A DNA stretch of 64,000 nt from an uncultured virus (IMG/VR IMGVR_UViG_3300036770_005354) (IMGVR_UViG_3300036770_005354:1-64000); one strand, 5' to 3'. Shown: positions 1 through 9,273, counted from the stretch's first letter. The notes: generated from the letters alone by a model not told the origin. Translations and numbers: made by a program.

Positions 1-70
1 CTGAATCGATACAGCGTAAGAAGGCACTGGAAAAGTTAACATATGAAGAAAAGAAACTGTTGGGGTTGGT

Positions 71-277
71 ATGAACGAACGAATGTTGGAAATCGCCAAA
101 CAGGCAGGATTAAAAAAAGATCATGCCAGTGACCGTGAATACGTTGGTGATTTTGATTGGCGATTGTTTGGTGATTTGATTGTTCGGGACTGTTCATATG
201 TTGCAAAGGTGAATCAAGCAGAAAACATGGATTGGGACATTAGCGAGATTTTACTAGAACATTTCGGAGTTGAATAA
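71..277 (+). CDS. hypothetical phage protein
   Basis: 68-aa ORF tightly packed with its neighbours; no recognisable motif. Confidence 0.6.
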   Translation: MNERMLEIAKQAGLKKDHASDREYVGDFDWRLFGDLIVRDCSYVAKVNQAENMDWDISEILLEHFGVE

Positions 278-565
278 ATGTACGAATATCGATACACAGT
301 TGACGAAAACAATGATGGCTACGATGATGCGTTTGTCATCCGCAGAATGCGTCAAATTGACTTTGATGATAGATGGCAGATTGAATCATTGGCGAAAGAC
401 TGCGCTAGTGATTATTTTCATGATCATGATGGTTGGGATTATCGTTCATGGGTCAACGGTAATACGCATATTGATCTAACAATCTGGGAAAATGAAGAAA
501 CCAAACATACATTCCAAGTTGATATAGAATTTCATCCAAGTTTCATTGTTAGGAGAAGCCAATGA
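278..565 (+). CDS. hypothetical protein
   Basis: 95-aa ORF; ATG directly follows the previous TAA; ATGA overlap with the next gene. Confidence 0.65.
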   Translation: MYEYRYTVDENNDGYDDAFVIRRMRQIDFDDRWQIESLAKDCASDYFHDHDGWDYRSWVNGNTHIDLTIWENEETKHTFQVDIEFHPSFIVRRSQ

Positions 566-849
566 GCGAAGAATGGATCTGGGAACGTTATCGTGAACTG
601 GAACGTGACCGCCGAAAAAAGAATCAAGAACTCATGCAAGAGTATGATAGAACTGTTTACTATCCTGCATTGAGACAACTTACACAAGAATGCTTCAAAG
701 AAGGTCATCGTGGCGGAAAGTACCACGATAATGGCTTTGGTTGGTCTTGGTTCTATTGTGCGAAATGCGGTGGTAGATATGATATTACAGGACCAGATGG
801 ACAACGTACAAAGGATGATGGAGATACAACAAATGAACAAACAACATAA
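562..849 (+). CDS. hypothetical protein, possible Zn ribbon
   Basis: AGGAG RBS; C-x4-H ... CAKC motif. Confidence 0.65.
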   Translation: MSEEWIWERYRELERDRRKKNQELMQEYDRTVYYPALRQLTQECFKEGHRGGKYHDNGFGWSWFYCAKCGGRYDITGPDGQRTKDDGDTTNEQTT

Positions 850-1147
850 AGAACAAGTTATAAACAATGTTACAACTGCGCTAGGTGACGTTGGGTCATC
901 GATGCTAAATCGTGTTAGACCCTTGATTGACTTGGCGTATGAAGCAGGTTATAATCAAGCATACAAAGACGCCGCCGAACGTCAATCTACTAATCCTATA
1001 CCAGAACAATGGTGGAATCCACGAATAGTTAAACACGTTGACCTTAATAAAGGTTGCCCATTGTGTGGTATAAGGGAAGATGACAAAGCAAAATATGGGT
1101 ATGTATGTAATCGCAGTGATTGCCCAACAAAGGTAACTTGTGTTTAA
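833..1147 (+). CDS. hypothetical protein with C-terminal Cys cluster
   Basis: start moved to ATG 833 behind GGAG; CPLC...CNRSDCP. Confidence 0.6.
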   Translation: MNKQHKEQVINNVTTALGDVGSSMLNRVRPLIDLAYEAGYNQAYKDAAERQSTNPIPEQWWNPRIVKHVDLNKGCPLCGIREDDKAKYGYVCNRSDCPTKVTCV

Positions 1148-1976
1148 GCTGAAAGAATACCACAAAGACAAAGCATACAGCACCTATGCTTTCAATATCC
1201 GCACGCCTCATGAATACTATGATTCTGGTCACTGTGCGACGAAGTATTGCCTGTTGAATATTTCACTCGGTTCTAGATCGTGGTGGTGGATAATCCCACA
1301 AATCATCAAGCCGCGAAAGAAGTGGGTCGATACTAGTAAGTATGAATGGTCGAAGAATCCAAACGACGGGTATTGGAACTATATTGCACGTGAATATGGC
1401 TTCACAATGACAGAACAAAACCTCCATATCCACTATGGTATCCAACCTGGATGCTGGCATTCTCGTGATAAGAAGAACTCCGATCACACTAAGGTGTTTG
1501 ATATCCCTTGGAGGAATAACACGTTTGTTGGTCAGTTGTTCTTCGCGCCTGATTGGGCGTTCTATGATTTTGTGAAACCAAGAAACAAGCGTGGCGCTCT
1601 TGACTTTGACAAGCTTTATGCTGTCCAAGAATCAGTTCCAAAGTTCAAGATCAAGTTTAACGACTATGATGGTGAAGAGATTATTGCAACATGCTATCTC
1701 ACTATGCGAAAGTACCATCGTGGCACAAGTTGGTGCAAGTGGCTAAAATACTTCACCAAGTCTGTCGAATACTACGCTCTTGAGGTCGAGTACGACAAGG
1801 AAACTGGATACGAGAAGGGATCGTGGAAGGGTGGGACGATAGCACATGGAATCCAACTACAGTACGGTGAAGATCCCGTTGAAGCGTTCAAGCGTTATGG
1901 CTCAGAGAATGACCGCTACAAGAATCACGGAACCAAGCCACGTGGATATAACAATATTTTCATGATAAAGGAATAA
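1140..1976 (+). CDS. hypothetical protein (Trp/Tyr-rich)
   Basis: 278-aa ORF, visibly higher GC than the bulk of the window. Confidence 0.75.
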   Translation: MFKLKEYHKDKAYSTYAFNIRTPHEYYDSGHCATKYCLLNISLGSRSWWWIIPQIIKPRKKWVDTSKYEWSKNPNDGYWNYIAREYGFTMTEQNLHIHYGIQPGCWHSRDKKNSDHTKVFDIPWRNNTFVGQLFFAPDWAFYDFVKPRNKRGALDFDKLYAVQESVPKFKIKFNDYDGEEIIATCYLTMRKYHRGTSWCKWLKYFTKSVEYYALEVEYDKETGYEKGSWKGGTIAHGIQLQYGEDPVEAFKRYGSENDRYKNHGTKPRGYNNIFMIKE

Positions 1977-1977
1977 A

Positions 1978-2226
1978 ATGGCCAAAATTGATATTATGGA
2001 ATTAACTGAAACTGAATTGCAAAAGCACATGAACTCTGCATTTCTTAATATAGTGGCTGGAATGGTGAAAGAAGGTTTTATAACACCTGACCAGGCTTAT
2101 AAACTACAAACAGAATATTTTGTATCCGTTGAATCTCATTCATGGTTACCAAAATGGTTGACTGACAAACTATCATTTCCAAAAGATAATCTGAAATATG
2201 TTCTTTCTAGGAGAATTTGTGAGTAA
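1978..2226 (+). CDS. hypothetical protein
   Basis: 82-aa ORF with AAGGA RBS. Confidence 0.6.
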   Translation: MAKIDIMELTETELQKHMNSAFLNIVAGMVKEGFITPDQAYKLQTEYFVSVESHSWLPKWLTDKLSFPKDNLKYVLSRRICE

Positions 2227-2536
2227 ACTTTATATTGCGGTTCTAGATGAATTTCCAGACTATATGACACCTACATTGGTTGCTCATGCAGTACTGGGAG
2301 CACATTTAGTATTCAATGGATCACAAGTATACGATGCATGGTTAAAATCTAGTTTCAAGAAATGCGTAGTTAGAGTGAATCGCAAAGAATTTGAAAAGAT
2401 CAAAGAGTTACCAAATGTATATCTTGGTCATGAAAATAATACACTAAACGGTGAAAAGAGCTGCGCTGTAATTTGCGTTGACGCTGATATACCGAATGTG
2501 CTAAAATTTGCCAAACTGTGGAAACCAAGTATTTGA
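2219..2536 (+). CDS. peptidyl-tRNA hydrolase type 2 (PTH2)-like protein
   Basis: GTG start after AGGAGA; LYIAV...VAHA...W...KKCVVRV...KLW pattern resembles the PTH2 fold. Confidence 0.5.
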   Translation: MSKLYIAVLDEFPDYMTPTLVAHAVLGAHLVFNGSQVYDAWLKSSFKKCVVRVNRKEFEKIKELPNVYLGHENNTLNGEKSCAVICVDADIPNVLKFAKLWKPSI

Positions 2537-2707
2537 ACGATATTATGACAAAGAAAATTCCATATCTTTTATCAAACAAACCATATAAACCAAATCATTC
2601 AACCACACACAATCTTAAAAAGATACCAGTGTTATTTTTGCCAAAATATCAACCAACAAGTAACATTAAAACAAACAATAATACATCTACTTAGTTTTTA
2701 ATAATCT

Positions 2708-3136
2708 ATGATAAATAATTTTATGGAAGAATTTATTTTAGATTTTAAAAATGAATTTGAAAAAATTCTTAATTTAGTACTTGAGACAAACCCAACTATA
2801 AAATCAGTTTTATGGTCTCAAAACAACAGTATATTAAGCAATTTATATATTTCAAATGCTACAATAGATGATATACATCACATAGATTCAAATTTCCAGT
2901 ATATCGGACCATTAAATACTATATGGATAACACCCATTATAGAAAATCCATCTGAAAATATGATCATAACGGATTCTATATATAATCATATTAGCATTGA
3001 ATTGGATAAAACATATATAGACATCGCATGTTTTATCTATGTATCTAAAACAACTAAAGATTATATTTTTGAAGCATATGGTAATAACAATAAAATTACA
3101 TTCTGTGAAAGTAATATTCTTACTACTCAGCTTTAA
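2708..3136 (+). CDS. hypothetical protein, diverged paralogue of 4473-4943
   Basis: NPTIKSVLWSQ / NPDITAFTWTQ, YISNA / YFTNA and YGNNNKI / FGDHTKV are colinear. Confidence 0.5.
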   Translation: MINNFMEEFILDFKNEFEKILNLVLETNPTIKSVLWSQNNSILSNLYISNATIDDIHHIDSNFQYIGPLNTIWITPIIENPSENMIITDSIYNHISIELDKTYIDIACFIYVSKTTKDYIFEAYGNNNKITFCESNILTTQL

Positions 3137-3141
3137 TAAGA

Positions 3142-4002
3142 TTATGGACTTCCGTAAACACCTCTCTTACCTAAAAAATTTCTAAGTCTTAGATTAGTAG
3201 AGGGAAAAGTTCCTGACAATGCTGTTCCTTCATACCATGTGACCCCACGATATGCTGATAAATTAGTACCAAGACCAAACACTGAATTTACGGCTGATAT
3301 AGAAACAGTCGGATATTGATTTAGTGTGTTAAAATTAACAGAACTATTATATCCATTTACGGTAGAGTTAGCAATAATTATTCTTTCAAAACTAGAATTT
3401 GTTAAATGCACCTGTTCATATGTAATACCAGAAGCCGTTGTACGATATATTACATTACCTGTTACACTACTCGTTCCTCTAAATGTCATACCGGATGGTG
3501 TATTAATTGCAATATATGGGGATGTTCCAGTTGGATTATACACTATCGTATTAGATTCCACGGTTGATGTCAATAATCTACCAAAACCATATGATAATAA
3601 ATAGTCTGCTGATACTGCTGGACTGAATGTAGAACTTCTTGAAGAAGTATATATTCCGTACAAGTTCCCAAGTGCTCTATTGCTGTATAAAAATACATGT
3701 GAACCAGTTGCATTTATGTTACCAACATCTATTGTTCCATTACCAACTGATAAAGTTAATGTTCGTTTACTATATGTATTAGTCACTGGATCTGGTATAC
3801 CCGTTCCATTTAAACCATTTGTTCCAGCAACAAGAGTTATATTAGCATTTATAGTACTTATATTGCCGTTTTGACTACTAATTACTGTATCACCACCATT
3901 AAATGTTATATTTCCAGTGAGTATAATATCTCCATACGGCACTCTTATTCTATAGTTAGTATAAGTACCAGGTCCTATAACATAGGTTCCAATCACAGTC
4001 AT
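3142..4002 (-). CDS. beta-rich putative virion/adhesin-like protein
   Basis: 286 aa rich in T/N/S/G; upstream on the minus strand TAAATA box and AAGGA RBS. Confidence 0.65.
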   Translation of the reverse strand: MTVIGTYVIGPGTYTNYRIRVPYGDIILTGNITFNGGDTVISSQNGNISTINANITLVAGTNGLNGTGIPDPVTNTYSKRTLTLSVGNGTIDVGNINATGSHVFLYSNRALGNLYGIYTSSRSSTFSPAVSADYLLSYGFGRLLTSTVESNTIVYNPTGTSPYIAINTPSGMTFRGTSSVTGNVIYRTTASGITYEQVHLTNSSFERIIIANSTVNGYNSSVNFNTLNQYPTVSISAVNSVFGLGTNLSAYRGVTWYEGTALSGTFPSTNLRLRNFLGKRGVYGSP

Positions 4003-4053
4003 TTATAAAAATCCTTTACTTTATATTATATTTATTTCATTTTTTAAAATATA

Positions 4054-4082
4054 TTGACAGCCTATATCATCCATGATACAAT
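4054..4082 (+). promoter_or_regulatory. sigma70-type promoter
   Basis: TTGACA-17-TACAAT. Confidence 0.75.
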
Positions 4083-4104
4083 ATCTTAAACATGAGAAAT
4101 TTTT

Positions 4105-4470
4105 ATGAAACCATTTCTACACAGTAAAATTCATGCAAAAAAGTATGGCGGGAAACCGGATGATTATGCTGATATAGATGATTTTATTGATAGTTCTAAA
4201 CAAACTATTGCAGATGTGAGACATCGTGCTATACTTCATAGTGCTTTCGGGTGCTATATTGTAGAACGCATCTTTGGCAGAACAAGAATTAATTCAGATG
4301 GCCGTGAATACAGTCCACGTGATATTGCTGAAGATCATCTGTTGCAAGATTTGGGTTTTATTCCAACGGTGGAACAATACCTGAATAACATGACATTACA
4401 AAATTGGATGTCAGGGACCGAGAAAACTCGTAAATCAATCAATCGTAAACATATTAACCTAGAGGACTAA
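4105..4470 (+). CDS. conserved hypothetical protein (His-rich, possibly DUF6915-like)
   Basis: H..HAKKYGG...DFIDSSK...HRAILHSAFG...AEDH pattern; family name from memory. Confidence 0.6.
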   Translation: MKPFLHSKIHAKKYGGKPDDYADIDDFIDSSKQTIADVRHRAILHSAFGCYIVERIFGRTRINSDGREYSPRDIAEDHLLQDLGFIPTVEQYLNNMTLQNWMSGTEKTRKSINRKHINLED

Positions 4471-4472
4471 AA

Positions 4473-4943
4473 ATGAATACATTACAAGAACGTTTCGATC
4501 AACTTATCGCTGAACAACAAAAATTGAAAAAGAAATTTCAAGAAGATGCGCAATCTATCTTCAAAGAAGTAACCAAAGAATTCTTTAACAAGAATCCAGA
4601 TATTACTGCATTTACTTGGACACAATATACTCCATACTTTAATGATGGTGATGAATGTGTGTTTAATGTACACGAAGTTTATTTTACTAATGCCCCAGCT
4701 GATGAACTTGAAAACGTAAGTTCTTGGGGAGAATATGATGGTGACCTTGAGGATGTTTGGGTAGAGTATTTTATCAAAAGAATCCCCAATTCAACTGGAA
4801 TTGATAAAGAAAGTTGCGAACTTATCAGTGATATGATTACTTCAGTTGAGATGAAAGATATTATGCGAGAAATGTTTGGAGATCATACAAAAGTAATTGC
4901 AACCAGAAATGGTTTTGATGCTGACGAATTTGATCATGATTAA
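4473..4943 (+). CDS. hypothetical protein
   Basis: GAGG RBS; WTQYTPYFNDGDECVF motif. Confidence 0.75.
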   Translation: MNTLQERFDQLIAEQQKLKKKFQEDAQSIFKEVTKEFFNKNPDITAFTWTQYTPYFNDGDECVFNVHEVYFTNAPADELENVSSWGEYDGDLEDVWVEYFIKRIPNSTGIDKESCELISDMITSVEMKDIMREMFGDHTKVIATRNGFDADEFDHD

Positions 4944-4956
4944 ACGGAAATAATAA

Positions 4957-5457
4957 ATGAGCAATCTTAAATTTCATGCACAGAATGAATTTATAGCAGC
5001 AGGTTGGTGCAACGAAAATGGCGTTTTTAAAGACGAAATGCAACAAGCGATATGTGAGCATGTCTTGAAACTATTGGAAGTATTTTCTGAAGAAGGTCAT
5101 TCGGGCAGTAGTGCACCATATGCTATTAATTTATTTTCTACATTAGCCAAGTTTAAGCCAATCGCTCCTCTAACAGGAGAAGATTGGGAGTGGAATAATG
5201 TAGCAGAATACAATGGCAGTCCCTTGTGGCAAAATAAACGGTGTAGCAGTGTATTCAAAGATGAAACTGGCGCATATGACATAGATGGACGTGTTTTTTG
5301 GGAATGGTACAAAGATACTGAAACTGGTGAAGTTTTCAAAACATATTTCACTAATAGAAATAGTCGAGTATATATCACTTTCCCGTATACCAAACCCGAA
5401 CATCCAGAATATGTATTTTCATCTACAGATGAATTCCCCAATGAAGTATTAGAATAA
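4957..5457 (+). CDS. conserved phage hypothetical protein
   Basis: GHSGSSA...PIAPLTGED.EW...QNKRCSSVFK pattern. Confidence 0.75.
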   Translation: MSNLKFHAQNEFIAAGWCNENGVFKDEMQQAICEHVLKLLEVFSEEGHSGSSAPYAINLFSTLAKFKPIAPLTGEDWEWNNVAEYNGSPLWQNKRCSSVFKDETGAYDIDGRVFWEWYKDTETGEVFKTYFTNRNSRVYITFPYTKPEHPEYVFSSTDEFPNEVLE

Positions 5458-5465
5458 ATATTGTT

Positions 5466-5696
5466 ATGAGATATTTTTCATACAACGAATATGATCCCAA
5501 TAGTTTATTTGCTGATGAAACTGGTGGGTATATAGTTACGGTCAGTGAAGATGATATTAAACGAAAATATTGGCCCTATTGGTATAATCGTATGTGTGAA
5601 AAATATGAACAATCTTATGTAGACGAAAACTATACATTTGAAGATTGTTTAGAGGATTGGATTGTCGTCAATTGGGCTTGGGAGTCTAAACAATAA
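5466..5696 (+). CDS. hypothetical protein
   Basis: 76-aa ORF; TAAATA 5 nt before the ATG. Confidence 0.65.
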   Translation: MRYFSYNEYDPNSLFADETGGYIVTVSEDDIKRKYWPYWYNRMCEKYEQSYVDENYTFEDCLEDWIVVNWAWESKQ

Positions 5697-5710
5697 CACA
5701 AGTTTAGTAC

Positions 5711-5739
5711 TTGACTTGGAATAATATCTACACTATAAT
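5711..5739 (+). promoter_or_regulatory. sigma70-type promoter
   Basis: TTGACT-17-TATAAT. Confidence 0.75.
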
Positions 5740-5761
5740 ACAAAAAATAGTGAGGATCATC

Positions 5762-6391
5762 ATGACTACTTATATCAAGTACCCTAGCACATCTCATCTA
5801 CCATTCAGTCCCGGTATGCAGCGGGATGATACTCGTATATCTTCACTAAATAGCCTTGAAGGTCGTGAGGTCGTCATTACGGAGAAAATGGATGGAGAAA
5901 ATACCACCATGTATACAGATCATATTCATGCTAGGAGTGTTGATTCCCGTCATCATCCTAGTCGTGATTGGGTTAAAAATTTTTGGAATAGCATTCGATT
6001 GGATATACCAAGTAATTTTCGAATTTGCGGTGAAAATGTATATGCGAGGCACTCCGTAAGTTACGACAGTTTGGAAACGTATTTCTACGGTTTCAGCGTG
6101 TGGGATGGTGATCGTTGCTTGTCTTGGGACGATACTCTTGAGTTCTTTGAACTGTTGGGTGTCACTCCTGTACCAGTGATTTATCGTGGTGTTTTCGACG
6201 TCAAAACTGTAGAACATATCGCAAACAACTTTGATGTAGAAAATAAAGAAGGTTTTGTTGTTCGGATTGCTGAAGATTTCAGTTATAATCAATTTGACAC
6301 ACACGTTGCTAAATGGGTTCGTGCAGGACATGTGCAAACCGACAAGCATTGGATGCATAGTAAAATTATCCCCAATCAATTGAAAGTCTAA
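5762..6391 (+). CDS. ATP-dependent RNA ligase family protein (Rnl2-like nucleotidyltransferase domain)
   Basis: motif I TEKMDGEN, GEN, FYGF, EGFVVR, AKWV; start moved to ATG 5762 after GAGG. Confidence 0.8.
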   Translation: MTTYIKYPSTSHLPFSPGMQRDDTRISSLNSLEGREVVITEKMDGENTTMYTDHIHARSVDSRHHPSRDWVKNFWNSIRLDIPSNFRICGENVYARHSVSYDSLETYFYGFSVWDGDRCLSWDDTLEFFELLGVTPVPVIYRGVFDVKTVEHIANNFDVENKEGFVVRIAEDFSYNQFDTHVAKWVRAGHVQTDKHWMHSKIIPNQLKV

Positions 6392-6392
6392 A

Positions 6393-7310
6393 ATGTTTCG
6401 TGATGAATTGCGTGAATATGTACGGCAGAATTCCCAGTCTGTAAAGATGCGGGAATCTGCTATATATCCTAGTTTGTATGTGCTGAAGTACAACAAGAAG
6501 GTCTTTTACAAGAATTCCTGGGATCAATATCTGGAAGAATGTCGTGGTGCGGTCGTTGATCAGGATTTCAATCTGGTTGCTTATCCGTTTAAAAAAATTT
6601 ATAACTTCGGTATCGAAAGCCGTGCGCCTGCGATTGATGTTGATACCAAGGTAACTGCTTTCCGTAAAATTAACGGATTTATGGCGTCCGTTACCTGGTA
6701 TCGTGGTGATTTGTTGATCAGCACTACTGGTTCATTGGATAGTGATTATGTTAACATGGTTCGTAAAATGATCCGTGAACAATATAATTACGAAGATTGG
6801 TGTTTGGTTTTCAGCCGCAGCGATATGCAGGGTGTGACCTTTATGTTTGAATGTTGCCATGTAGATGATCCGCACATTGTTCCTGAACGTCCTGGCATGT
6901 ATTTGTTGGGTTTTCGGGAAAATGTGTGGGGTTCTCGGGTACAGTATGATAGTTTTACTCTGCGTGATCTAGCGAAAGAGTTGGGTTGTTATACGCCTGA
7001 ATGTACTGTTACCAATATGGGTAGAATTCAAGAGTTGACTAAGGAGTGTCGTCACGAAGGTTATGTTGTATACACCGATGATGGTCGGTCTACCAAGATC
7101 AAGAGCCCGTATTACTTGGTAAACAAGTGGGTAGCGAGAAACCCAAATACTGACAAGCTAGTGGACTTAAATAGGGACATCAAGCGTAGCATTGATGAAG
7201 AATATCATGGGTTAATTGACTACATTCGTGAAAACATTGTAGAATATACTGATATGACCGAACAACAACGGTTGGAGTGGGTTAGAACCTATATGGAGAA
7301 TACTGTATGA
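6393..7310 (+). CDS. T4 Rnl1-like RNA ligase
   Basis: ECRG, PFKKIYN, KINGFM (KxxG), FE, EGYV, KIKSPYY. Confidence 0.75.
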   Translation: MFRDELREYVRQNSQSVKMRESAIYPSLYVLKYNKKVFYKNSWDQYLEECRGAVVDQDFNLVAYPFKKIYNFGIESRAPAIDVDTKVTAFRKINGFMASVTWYRGDLLISTTGSLDSDYVNMVRKMIREQYNYEDWCLVFSRSDMQGVTFMFECCHVDDPHIVPERPGMYLLGFRENVWGSRVQYDSFTLRDLAKELGCYTPECTVTNMGRIQELTKECRHEGYVVYTDDGRSTKIKSPYYLVNKWVARNPNTDKLVDLNRDIKRSIDEEYHGLIDYIRENIVEYTDMTEQQRLEWVRTYMENTV

Positions 7311-7696
7311 ACGCATGGAGTCGTTTGCCTAATGCCTGTCATATTGATAGGGTACTTGAGTCTGTAAAGTCGCATACTGAAATTTGGGATGCGATTTGGG
7401 ATGAGGCTAGGCTTTCGTCTAGGTATGCGGCTTTGGGTGCGGCTCGGCTTTCGGATAGGTATGCGGCTAGGTATGCGGCTTTGGGTGCGGCTTTGGGTGC
7501 GGCTAGGTATGCGGCTTGGAATGCGGCTTGGGGTGCGATAACAGCCCTAATCGCATATGATGACGCTAGCAAATATCTATACATACCCAGCGATCAACTA
7601 CGTGTTTGGGCTATTCTTAGTGAAGACCCGGCATCGGTTTTATTACTACCAGCAGTGGTTGCTTTTGAACGAATTCGTGAATTGGAGTGTGTATGA
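7307..7696 (+). CDS. Ala/Trp-repeat protein, paralogue 1 of 5
   Basis: MNAWSRLPNA.HIDRVLES... variable AAxx core ...ALIAYDDASKYL...LLPAVVAFERI. Confidence 0.8.
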   Translation: MNAWSRLPNACHIDRVLESVKSHTEIWDAIWDEARLSSRYAALGAARLSDRYAARYAALGAALGAARYAAWNAAWGAITALIAYDDASKYLYIPSDQLRVWAILSEDPASVLLLPAVVAFERIRELECV

Positions 7697-8091
7697 ATGC
7701 ATGGAGTCATTTACCAAATGCCCATCATATTGATCGGGTACTTGAGTCAGCGAAATCGCATCCTGAAATTTGGGGTGCGACTTGGGATAAGGCTTGGGAT
7801 GCGGCTACAAATGCGGCCACAAATGCGGCTAGGGATACAGATCATAATGAGGCTTGGGATGCGGCTTTGGGTGCTAGGCTTACGGCTCGGGGTGCGGATT
7901 GGCTTGCGGCTCGGGATGCGGCGTGGAATGCGATAATCGCCCTAATCGCATATGACGACGCCAGTAAATATCTAGACATGCCTAGTGATCATCTACGTAT
8001 CTGGGCTATTCTCAGTGAAATACCAGCAGCAATTCTATTGATTCCAGCAGTAATTGCTTTTGAACGAATTAATGAATTGGAGTGTGTATGA
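7693..8091 (+). CDS. Ala/Trp-repeat protein, paralogue 2 of 5
   Basis: same conserved ends; ATGA overlap with GGAG RBS. Confidence 0.8.
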   Translation: MNAWSHLPNAHHIDRVLESAKSHPEIWGATWDKAWDAATNAATNAARDTDHNEAWDAALGARLTARGADWLAARDAAWNAIIALIAYDDASKYLDMPSDHLRIWAILSEIPAAILLIPAVIAFERINELECV

Positions 8092-8477
8092 GTGCCTGGA
8101 GTAATTTGCCTAATGCCCATCATATTGATCGGGTAATTAAGTCAGTGAAATCACATCCTGAAATTTGGGATGCGGCTTGGCTTGTGGCTAGGAATACGGC
8201 TCCGAGTGCGGTGTGGGATGCGATTTGGCTTGCGGCACGGAATACGGCTCCGAGTGCGGCGTGGGATGCGATTTGGCTTGCGGCACGGAATGCGGCTCGG
8301 GGTGCGGCTTGGGGTCCGATAGCAGCCCTAATCGTATATGATGATTCCAGTAAATATCTAGACATGCCTGTCGAACAACTACGTGTTTGGGCTATACTTA
8401 GTGAAGACCCAGCAGCAGTTCTATTGATTCCAGCAGTGGTTGCTTTTGAACGAATTCGTGAATTAGAGTGTGTATGA
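8088..8477 (+). CDS. Ala/Trp-repeat protein, paralogue 3 of 5
   Basis: same conserved ends; ATGA overlap. Confidence 0.8.
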   Translation: MSAWSNLPNAHHIDRVIKSVKSHPEIWDAAWLVARNTAPSAVWDAIWLAARNTAPSAAWDAIWLAARNAARGAAWGPIAALIVYDDSSKYLDMPVEQLRVWAILSEDPAAVLLIPAVVAFERIRELECV

Positions 8478-8875
8478 ACGCATGGAGTCATTTACCAAAT
8501 GCCTGTCATATTGATAGGGTACTTGAGTCAGCGAAATCGCATCCTGAAATTTGGGATGCGGCTTTGAATACTAGACTTGCGGCTCATGGTGCGGCTTTGG
8601 ATGCGTCTAGGTTTGCGGCTTTGAATGCGTCTAGGGTTACGGCTTTGAATGCGTCTTGGGTTACGGCTTGGAATGTAGCTTGGGTTGCGGCTACGCTTGC
8701 GACTATGGATGCGACAGCAGCACTAATTGCATTTGATGATGCCAGTAAATACCTAGATATACCCAGTGATAAACTACGTGTTTTGGCCATTATCAGTGAA
8801 AACCCGGCAGCAATTCTATTGCTGCCAGCAGTGATTGCGTTTGAACGAATTAATAAATTGGAGAATGCTATATGA
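8474..8875 (+). CDS. Ala/Trp-repeat protein, paralogue 4 of 5
   Basis: same conserved ends; ATGA overlap. Confidence 0.8.
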   Translation: MNAWSHLPNACHIDRVLESAKSHPEIWDAALNTRLAAHGAALDASRFAALNASRVTALNASWVTAWNVAWVAATLATMDATAALIAFDDASKYLDIPSDKLRVLAIISENPAAILLLPAVIAFERINKLENAI

Positions 8876-9273
8876 GTGTCTGGAGCCACTTACCAAATGC
8901 CTATCATATTGATCGGGTACTTGAGTCTGTAAAGTCACATCCTGAAATTTGGGATGCAGCTAGGGATACGGCTTGGAGTGCGGCTCATGGTGCGGCTTTG
9001 GATGCGGCACATAGTGCGGCTTTGGATGCGTCTAGAATTGCGGCTTTGGATGCGTCTAAGGTTGCGGCTTGGAATACAGCTTGGGGTGCGGCTAAGCTTG
9101 CGACTATGGATGCGACAGCAGCACTAATCGCATATGATGACGCCAGTAAATACCTAGATATACCCAGTGATAAACTACGTGTTTTGGCTATTCTCAGTGA
9201 AACCCCAGCGGCAGTTCTATTACTTCCAGCAGTGGTTGCTTTTGAACGAATTAATGAATCGGAGTTGGTATGA
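8872..9273 (+). CDS. Ala/Trp-repeat protein, paralogue 5 of 5
   Basis: same conserved ends; ATGA overlap. Confidence 0.8.
   Translation: MSVWSHLPNAYHIDRVLESVKSHPEIWDAARDTAWSAAHGAALDAAHSAALDASRIAALDASKVAAWNTAWGAAKLATMDATAALIAYDDASKYLDIPSDKLRVLAILSETPAAVLLLPAVVAFERINESELV

Larger units (their letters stand above)
7307..9273 (+). repeat. five tandem ~390-400 bp gene-length repeats, each with an internal 12-nt GCGGCT-nnn-nnT repeat
   Basis: catattgat.gggta, ctgaaatttggg and ttgcttttgaacgaatt recur once per unit. Confidence 0.9.

Noticed and set aside
5846..6496. 216-aa minus-strand ORF
   Set aside because: Antisense to the RNA ligase, which has clear motifs; no recognisable features of its own.
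7307..9273. Diversity-generating retroelement target/template repeats
   Set aside because: No reverse transcriptase in the window, differences are not confined to adenines, and all copies are intact coding genes.
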